Shown here piece by piece: positions 55,476 through 64,000 of a stretch of 64,000 nt of DNA; position 1 is the stretch's first letter, and each line of letters starts with the position of its first letter. The notes beneath the pieces are model-generated. The model did not search any database and was not told where the DNA came from. It was given only the letters and a program-made list of their open reading frames with translations. The position numbers were made by a program, and so were the translations under genes. This stretch comes from Eledone cirrhosa (Eukaryota): the NCBI GenBank assembly GCA_964016885.1, contig OZ024741.1, positions 213,032,001 to 213,096,000 of the forward strand. Direction: 5' to 3'.

Positions 55476-55661
55476 CAGTGAAATTCGGTTAAAACGAAAT
55501 TCAAGGGGCATAAAAGAATTCGCTATAACGGAGAATTATTTATAACGAGATCGACGGAAACCAATCGAGCGTCTGTTTATTTATTACCTTGGGAATTGAA
55601 AACATTTCTTTATACTGAAAAATTCGTTATAATTGTATTCGTTATAACGGAAATTTACCTG
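55476..55661. mobile_element. pogo/Tigger-like MITE
   Basis: Imperfect TIRs CAGTGAAATTCGGTTAAAACGAA / TTCGTTATAACGGAAATTTACCTG, TA on both sides, internal TTCGTTATA repeats. Confidence 0.75.
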
Positions 55662-55682
55662 TATATATATATATATATATAT

Positions 55683-56052
55683 AGTGAAAAATGAAACGGG
55701 ATCAAAACAGAGAGGCAGTACGAAGAAAGGTTTATTAGTTTCACGCTCTTGAGAGGGGGGGACGTTTCGGGCATAAGCCATTCTTCAGGCGAAAAGTGGG
55801 TGGGAAGAGAGTTCCGAGGGTGTGTAGGTGGAGTGGAGGAGAGACATTTAGAAAAAAGGGGGGAGAGGAAAGGAAGGAAAACGGTGGAAGGGGTACAAAT
55901 AAAAAAAAAATATATAAGAATGAAAATAAACATAAAGATAAATAAGTGGTGGAAGGGTGTGGGGCGTGTAGGGGTGGTGGCGGGTGGAGTGGGGAGAGGG
56001 AGGCGAGGTGTCCGAGCGGGGAGGGCTCAAGGTGGTGTATGTGTGTAGGTGT

Positions 56053-56091
<39 letters not shown>

Positions 56092-56400
56092 TGTGAATGT
56101 GAAAGTTGGGGGAAGAACGAGGTTCCATGTTCAGGAAAAGGTGTGTGCGTGTGGATGGGGAGGGGTCAGAGAGGCGGGGGAGGGGGGGGATTCCGGAGGC
56201 TGAGTGTGTATATATGTGGGGGTACGCACGTGTGTGTGGTGTTTATACGTTTTGTGGATGTAGGTGGCGTGGTTCGAAAAAATATTTTTTTAATGTATGT
56301 CCGTGGGTAAGTTCCTAAGGTAGTTCCGTAGAGGATGTGACGAGGGGCCGGATATTTTCCAGTTATATATATCTTTCTTTTAGCTTACAGAATTCCCTCC
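55683..56400 (-). mobile_element. PLE-type 3' region with minimal hammerhead core (55761-55788)
   Basis: Minus strand CTGAAGA-AT-GGC(TTAT)GCC-C-GAAACGTC; 3' end in (TA)n and shared with 13339; upstream limit uncertain. Confidence 0.65.
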
Positions 56401-56683
56401 GATGATAAACAGTTCTGTTAATAATGGCCATATCAATCTATTGTTATTTATTCTTCAATTTGGAAACTGCAGTCAGGGAATTTAGTGAGTTTTCTTTTAT
56501 TTAGGTAGCTTCAATGTGAATATGTCCCTAGGTAATAGGCTTGTGGAGTGTTCTTTTTTGAGTACTTTACTGGGATCTATCCTTCAGTGATTTTGTATAC
56601 GATGTGCTATATTCAATTGCTTCGTTGAATAAGATATTTTCAGGGATCCCTTTTCATTGTGTGGCTATGTATAAACACACACG

Positions 56684-56744
<61 letters not shown>

Positions 56745-56751
<7 letters not shown>

Positions 56752-58456
56752 TTATAAGAATCAAAGAACTGTTCAAAACATTTTTATGCTTACAACTGTT
56801 TCCTCCAAATCGAGGTTTGGATTCTTCGGAGCAATTTATTATTGAATGAACACTTATATGACCTCCTTTTCACCCAAGAGACATACAGATACATATGCAA
56901 ACATTGTGGGTCAACATTCATTACAGCATTTAGAGTGGCAATACACACTTAGAGATTACATTCATATTAAAAGATACAATCAAAAATACAGGTTAACATA
57001 CAACATGCAAATAAGCGGTTATATAGTGAAAAGGTTATATGTGTGGCAAGCACGTGCGTCTTGTTTATATAGTGTGGCAGAGAGTTACGTGTAGTTGAAG
57101 CACTTAAGCAGGTAAACAAGAGAGTTAGGTTGGTTGATCTGGTGACAAATTCTTTATATGATTGTGGCGTATGGGTGGTACATATATGGATGATTGGATG
57201 GTCAGATTGGAGTCATGAGGACTGTGGATTGACCTCTGGTCGGCCCTGGTGATGATTATCTTTCGACATCCATTGTAGCAAGCGATGACCCGGAACTTAC
57301 CAGAGATCATTGTGTGTTGAAGTGATTCTGCAATCACCGCGCCTGGTCCTTTGAGTAGACTGCAACCACAGAGATCATTAATTTAGAATCCTCGCTCGTT
57401 GTCTATAATATTCATTTGTGGCACTCTACGATGGGGGTTAATCACCATAATATTACGTACACCTTCAGCACAACTTAATAGACTACTCTATAGTTAAAAC
57501 ACTTTAAATTTTAGAAATTTTTTAGAAGTTGCGCATAACCATATAAGTTAGGGTCTATTTTGAGACACATTTTAATAGTTAGTAATAGAAACCTCGGAGT
57601 TACCTCCCCTTATGCATTAACTCCCCTTAGCCACACACACACTTCCGGGTAGTATTTCAATGTCGATTCTCGAAACGTAACATCCTCCTGTATTGAACTA
57701 AAGAACATCAGACTACGATTCTCTAACTGGATTGTCAAACGCTCAATATCGAATCGTCGTGGATTGTGTGAGGGGCATATAATCTGAAAAATACGCTCCC
57801 CAGACTATGAAAATGTCGAAGTGCATGAAGTCCATATCATCGCTTCGCTGCGCATTTCCAATATTTTTAATATTTTTAATGCTTACACTATTTTTAATGC
57901 TTATATTATTTCTCCACAGACAGACTATAACAATCATATAAAGAATTTGTCACCAGATCAACCAACCTAGCACTCTTGTTAACCTGCTTAAGTGTTTCTA
58001 CTACACGTAACTCTCTGCCACACTATATAAACAAGACGCACGTGCTTGCCACACATATAACCTTTGCACTATATAACCGCTTATTTGCATGTTGTATTTT
58101 AACCTGTATTTTTTATTGTATCTTTTAATATGAATGTAATCTCTAAGTGTGTATTGCCACTCTAAATGCTGTAATGAATGTTGACCCACAATGTTTGCAT
58201 ATGTATCTGTATGTCTCTTGGGTGAAAAGGAGGTCATATAAGTGTTCATTCAATAATAAATTGCTCCGAAGAATCCAAACCTCGGTTTGGAGGAAACAGT
58301 TGTAAGCATAAAAATGTTTTGAACAGTTCTTTGATTCTTATAATTCATATAACTGCTCTGTAAAGCATCTGATGTTTTTACATTGAGCTACTTAACTTAC
58401 TGGTAATAAGGTAGTAATATATTACTGCCCACCACTATTTAGGGTTTGTATAAAAA
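56745..58456 (+). mobile_element. PLE-type element with ~420-bp inverted arms and variant hammerheads
   Basis: 56745-57165 vs 57930-58350 are reverse complements (the two near-identical 82-aa ORFs); ~100-bp 3' tail; TGCT-CCGAAGA-A-TCCAAAC(CTCG)GTTTGGA-G-GAAA-CAGTTG-TA-AGCA at 58262-58308, mirrored at 56787-56833. Confidence 0.88.
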
Positions 58457-58511
58457 TATATATAACTGCAAAAGGTTTTTGTATTTACATAACCATAAAT
58501 AGTATAATTAA

Positions 58512-58580
<69 letters not shown>

Positions 58581-58699
58581 TAGTGAAAAATGGAACGGGA
58601 ACAAAACAGATATATAGATATATAGATATATATAATATATATATAAATATATATAATAATAAAAAATATGATTTGTTATATCTTCATTACGAATATATA

Positions 58700-58731
<32 letters not shown>

Positions 58732-58853
58732 CATAACTATATACATTCATATTCACTTATATTGTAGGAATATATTGTTAATACATATTTTCTTATATAA
58801 ATAACAGTAAGTTTACATCCTAGTCATGTACCCTCATTTATTATCATCATCAT

Positions 58854-58893
<40 letters not shown>

Positions 58894-59787
58894 GTCGTCG
58901 TCATTATCATCATCATCATCATCATCATCACCATCATCATCATTATTATTATTACTATTATTATCATTATTATTATGTTCTGCTATCATTATCGTCTTCA
59001 GATGATAGGATGAAGCTATATTATAATGGTTTAACCGAATATGAGAATCGCTAAGTTTAGTGGTTTATTAACACAATTTGGGATCTTAATGATTCGCTCC
59101 TGTTGGCATCATCAGATTAAAGATAACGAACACGTGATGATGCAGTGTGTGTTTCTGGGCTGCAGCGGGGGGAGGTGTATTTTGGGGGTTTCTTTTTCTT
59201 TTTTATAGTTAAAGATATTTATTTAGTTTAAATCGTTGTATTATATTTTATTATAAATATTCAATTTTACGTCTTGATCGAGAAAATGTTTCCTGTCCTC
59301 GTACATACATACATACGTATATATCTGTATACGTATATATGTATGTTTATATATATATATATATTAATAAAAGGAATTCTAACTTTGTCTGATTTTCTCG
59401 TTTTATTTACAATCCTTTAAAATTTATGATGGTATTAGAATGAAATAGTATGGTAGAATATTAAATGTTAAGTGTTAATTGAACAAGTATTTTCATTCTT
59501 TCGCAATCTTCAGGTTCATAATTTGTGGTGACAGTCAAGTTTGGAATTTTCAACTGTAATGAGATGGGTAAATTTTGTGCCTTATATACAGTGAAAAGTG
59601 GCCTCAGAATGCTAGATCTTGCAAACTGTATTTCGACCAATCGGTGTGTAGTTTCACTGGATTACTAAAGCTGATTGGTTTAGGCGTCACGGTTGGTTGA
59701 GCATGTCTAACGACTACTATTTGACCCTATCCAAAGCATGAATTGTTTTGCTATTTTTAGAAATGATGAAAATAGCATTTTCTAGTA

Positions 59788-59843
<56 letters not shown>

Positions 59844-59967
59844 TGTATATATACATGTATATATGTTTATATATATATATATATATAGGAACCAGTAAGA
59901 CCCCGACGGCTGAGCTCAAGCCGTTTCGACGGCTAATTCTGGTACTTTATTTTTACGCAGTGCACTT

Positions 59968-61062
59968 TTGGTACTTTATTTTATCGACCCCGTAAGGATG
60001 AAAGGCAAAGTTAACCTCGGCGGGATTTGAACTCAGATCATAAAGGGATATAACTATGCTAGAAACATGGCGTCTGACACTCTACCGATACTGCGAATTT
60101 ACAGCATTATATAATAATATATGTAGAAATAAACACAGTAAATTGTGTGTCTAAAATTACGAGGGTAGAATTACCACATTGGTTTGTTAAATTTAACCTG
60201 AAGCAAACGGAAGATATAGAATATTTATACAGACCGTCACAATAACTATTTCATCTCTCGGACAAATTAGAGATTTAATATATAATTGTTTATACTTTTG
60301 GCATAAGCCCAGCAATTTACCAGTGCATTACTGGTACTTTGTTTTATCGACCCCGTAAGGATGAAAGGCAAAGTTAACCTCGGCGGGATTTGAACTCAGA
60401 ATGGCAGGGACCGTAACTCTATGCGTCGAAGCATGGCGTTCGACTCTCTACCGATACTGCCAATCCACCGATTTTAATATATAATGCTCAGTATTTATAC
60501 CTTGAGCTTGTTAATTACAGGGTATCAATACGAGCTAGTAACTCTAGATTTTATTTGTATTTCGGCTCCCTCACTAAGTGAGCTTATAAGTTGGGTGTAT
60601 TAAGCCTATTGTTTTTAGCATATCCACTCACACCACTTCTAACGTCCAACGCACCAGGTGTGATATCCATTCATGTGGCGTTTAGTTGTATGTGCTTGTT
60701 CCATTTAATCTTGTCTCTCGCTGAGTATAGCCTACTGATTATCTGTTACAAACACAATTTTCAGGGCGAAACAGATTAAATCTCTAATCTGTCCGAGAAA
60801 TGAAATAATTATTGTGAAGGTCTGTATATATATATTCTATATCTTCTATATCTTCCGTTTGCTTCAGTTTAAATTTAACAAACCAATGTGGTACTTCTAC
60901 CCTCGTAATTTTAGACACACAATTTACTGTGTTTATTTCTACATATATTATTGGATTGGCAGTATAGGTAGAGGGTCGGACGCCATGCTTTTCTGCACAG
61001 TTACTTCCCTTTACAGACTGAGTTCAAATCCCACCGAGGTTAACTTTGCCTTTCATCCTTAC
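59968..61062. mobile_element. Nested block: inverted repeat 60113-60278 / 60776-60952 with three SINE S1 copies
   Basis: SINEs at ~59968-60100 (-), 60287-60471 (-, TSD TTTAATATATAAT at 60274-60286 and 60473-60485) and 60953-61062 (+). Confidence 0.85.
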
Positions 61063-61554
61063 GTGGAGCCGGTCAAGCGTTGAAAGTGAATTCTATACAG
61101 CAAATTCTAAGGAGTGTGTATGAAATTATGCTAGTTAGGAAGCAGGCGAAAAAGAAATCTGAGAGTGGGTCGTTATAAAATTAAATAGTTAATAAATTGA
61201 GATTAAAAGAAAAAAATAATAAAAAAATTAAACAGTAAAAAATCTCTCGAGTCTAAAGCAGCTGCTATATTTTTAGCTGGTATTGCGTTATCGGCCAATG
61301 CTATATAGAATTTACTGGGGTGGGGGTACTGAGGCTACAAAGGCCCGATGGGCTGCCTCGGGGTAGGCGAAAGAGGAAAAAAGGAAAAGGAAGAGGAGAG
61401 GGTGGAAGGAAGTGATAAGAAGAGATAAAGGGAAAAAGAAAAGAAGTACATCTACCTATGTATGCTAGGGGTTTCCCCTATCTTGTTCGGCAAGTGGGGA
61501 AAAGAAGGATGTTGCATCCATTGTCTACCCACCCGGGTCATGAGGGGGTTTGAG

Positions 61555-62330
61555 GGCGAGGTAAGTCCTACGCAATCGGTGTTTATATGCAGTTACAAGT
61601 TCGTCTTTTCTGTTTAGGAATTGGTCCTTCGTAAACAGCATTTGTATTGTTTCCTCCGAGCATAAGTTACACAGACGGCGTCCTCCCGTGTAGGAGTTAG
61701 CACTGAACAGTAAGCTCCGAGTAAGATTGCATGTTATGTTATTATCTTGGGATTGGCAGTATCAGTAGAGGGTCGGACGCCATGCTTTGACGCATAGAGT
61801 TACGGCCCTTGCCATTCTGAGTTCGAATCCCGCCGAGGTTAACTTTGCCATTCATCCTTACGGGGTCGATAAAATAAAGTACCAGTAATGTACTGGGATA
61901 ATTGCTGGCCTTGTGCCAAAAAGTAGAAACAATTATCTTGGAGGTCCCAGATGTGGCCCAAGAGTGTAGTGGCATATCGCCGGGCCGGGTTTGGGAACGT
62001 ATGTCGGTGTTGGTTGAGCCGGGTCTTAAAGTCACAAGTGGATAATCCTATATAGGCTTTGTTGGAGTTTTCCGTCCTCACGTTGCATTGGTAGATCACG
62101 TTACGTTCTCGGCATCTGTTGTTGAGGGGGCACGTAGATCTATCAGGGCAGTTAGACCTCCTGGTCGGCTCTCCACTAATGTCTAGGTTATTTCCTCCAT
62201 AAGGGTTGAGTTTCTTGTTGTTTGATGAGGCGATGTTTTGTGCGAAGTTGGTTGTGGTGCTGTAGGAGAGTTTGATAGTGTTTTAGTTGATTATGTTGTG
62301 GTAGTGGTGTTGTGGTGGGAAGTGTTTTTG
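61555..62330 (-). pseudogene. PLE ORF C-terminus: linker plus GIY-YIG endonuclease
   Basis: KHFPPQHH..NTIKLSYS..CPLNNRC..VIYQCNV..AYIGLS..FKTRLNQH..HIWDLQD, then after the SINE LCNLCSEE..LNRKDEL. Confidence 0.88.
61751..61931 (+). mobile_element. SINE S1 inserted in the GIY-YIG ORF
   Basis: 10-bp TSD ATTATCTTGG at 61741-61750 and 61932-61941. Confidence 0.93.
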
Positions 62331-63040
62331 AGCATACATAGGTAGATGTACTTCTTTTTTTTTCTTTTTCTTTTTCTTTTCTTTTTCTTTTCTTTTTCTT
62401 TTCTTTTTCTTTTCTTTTTCCCTTTATCTCTTCCTATCACTTTCTTCCACTCCTGCTCCTATTCCTTTTCCTTTTTCCTCTTTCGCCTAACTTGAAGCAG
62501 CCCATCGGGCTTTTCTAACCTCAGTACCCCCACCCCAGTAAATTCTATATATCGCAATACCAGCTAAAAATATAGCAGCTGCTTTAGACTCTAGAGATTT
62601 TTTATTATTTTTAGTTTAATTTAAAAAAAATTTTTTTTTTTAATCTCAATTTATTAACCATTTAATTTTATAACGGCCCACTCTCAGATTTCTTTTTCGC
62701 CTGCTTCTTAACTAACCTATTTTCATACACACTCCTTAGAATTTGCTGTATAGAATTCACTTTCAACGCTTGACCGTCTCCACCCACTAACTCATTGTTT
62801 TATAGGCAAGTTCAGCCCCCCCCCCCCCACCTCCCAACCACCGCCAAGAAAGATTTAATTGTGTTTACAAGAAATTTTGACCAATCATTTTGACAACTAA
62901 AATATTCCCATATAAGGAGTTGCCCCTTGGAAAGTTCGGCTATTTATTACCATGCTAAAAATTCTAATTTAGTCTAGAAATAGCTGTCGAAACGGCTTGA
63001 GCTCTGCCGTCGGGGTTAAATATGTTCCTATATATATATA

Positions 63041-63071
<31 letters not shown>

Positions 63072-63189
63072 CTACATATGTATATTTAAGATTATACTGA
63101 TGCCAGTGTTATCATCATAATTGTCAGTATATTGTAGCTGTTGTTGTTTCTGCGAAGGTTGTCTAGATTTGTAATTTCTTAGTTATTTT

Positions 63190-63668
63190 TGTTGGTAAAC
63201 TGGTGGTGGTTGCTGTTGTCATTGTGATGTTAGTACTGATAGTGTTGGTCATATTTTAGTTGGTGGTGGGTGTTGTTGTCGTGGTGATGTTAGTATTGTA
63301 AGTGTTGTTTATATTTTAGTTGGTGGTGGTGGTTGTCATGGTGATGTTAGTATTGTTAGTGTTGGTATATTTTAGTTGGTGGTGGTTGCTGTTGTCATGG
63401 TGATGTTAGTGTTGTTAGTGTTGGTCATATTTTAGTTGGTGGTGGTTGTTTTTGTCATGGTGATGTTAGTACTGTTAGTGTTGGTCATATTATAGTTGTT
63501 GTTGGTGGTAGTGGTGGTGGTTGTCATGGTGATGTTAGTGGTGTAAGTGTTGGTCATATTTTAGTTGGTGGTAGCGGTGGTGGCGGTGGCGGTTGTGGTG
63601 GTGGTGGTGGTGGTGGTGGTGGTGGTGTCGGTTGTCATGGTGATGTTAGTGTTGTAAGTGTTGATCTT
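63190..63668. repeat. GGT-rich ~60-bp minisatellite
   Basis: Recurring GTCATGGTGATGTTAGT..ATATTTTAGTTGGTGG. Confidence 0.85.
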
Positions 63669-63850
63669 GGTGGTTTGGCAGTATCAGTAGAGGGTCGGAC
63701 GCCATGCTTTCCAGCATAGTTACGTCCCTTTACGATCTGAGTTCAAATCCCGCCGAGGTTGACTTTGCCTTTCATCCTTACGGGGTCGATAAAATAAAGT
63801 ACCAGTAACGCACTGGCTAATTGCTGGCCTTGTGCCTAAAGTAGAAACAG
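63669..63850 (+). mobile_element. SINE S1, near full length
   Basis: Full consensus from GGTGGTTTGGCAG to AAAGTAGAAAC. Confidence 0.92.
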
Positions 63851-64000
63851 TTATTTGTTGTAATGCTTGGTTTTGTGTTTTTTCTCAGTGTTCATAAGGT
63901 TGTTGTGGTAGTTGTAGATGGCGTTTTTACTGGTACTTTAGTTGCTGTGGTTGTTCGTGTTGTTGTTGATGATGTTGGTACTGTTGGTGTTGTTGTTGGT

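Larger units (their letters stand above)
59886..63030 (-). mobile_element. 5'-truncated Penelope-like element with inverted terminal arm and nested insertions
   Basis: GIY-YIG remnant; arms 61063-61466 / 62331-62783; outer family A arms 59886-59942 / ~62973-63030; TA flanks. Confidence 0.8.

Noticed and set aside
57125-57337. GIY-YIG C-terminal remnant in the spacer
   Set aside because: The resemblance is too weak to call without a profile search.
56846-58249. Duplicated 82-aa gene pair
   Set aside because: The two ORFs are the antisense reading of the inverted arms and have no protein features.

Overview
Eukaryotic, gene-free, microsatellite-saturated DNA ((TA)n, (CA)n, (CT)n, (TATC)n, (TATG)n, (TTC)n). 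The SINE and LINE content suggests an octopod cephalopod, which is an inference. No host exon is supported, and nearly all listed ORFs are translated simple repeats. The real coding content is all mobile: a decayed Tc1-like transposon, a 5'-truncated RTE LINE with an open RT frame plus fragments, three Tx1-clade LINE copies all abutting (TATC)n/(GATA)n, an R4/Dong-type fragment, and a Penelope-like (PLE) GIY-YIG fragment. The main non-obvious signal is about a dozen short elements in (TA)n tracts that carry minimal type I hammerhead ribozyme motifs (CTGANGA...GAAA...TH). Many are built as head-to-head foldbacks. One family links physically to the GIY-YIG PLE. One foldback holds, between its arms, a ~220-bp copy of neighbouring genomic DNA, and a full-length Tx1 then inserted into that copy's (GATA)n, so filled and empty Tx1 sites are both in the window. 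All coordinates and alignments were done by eye.
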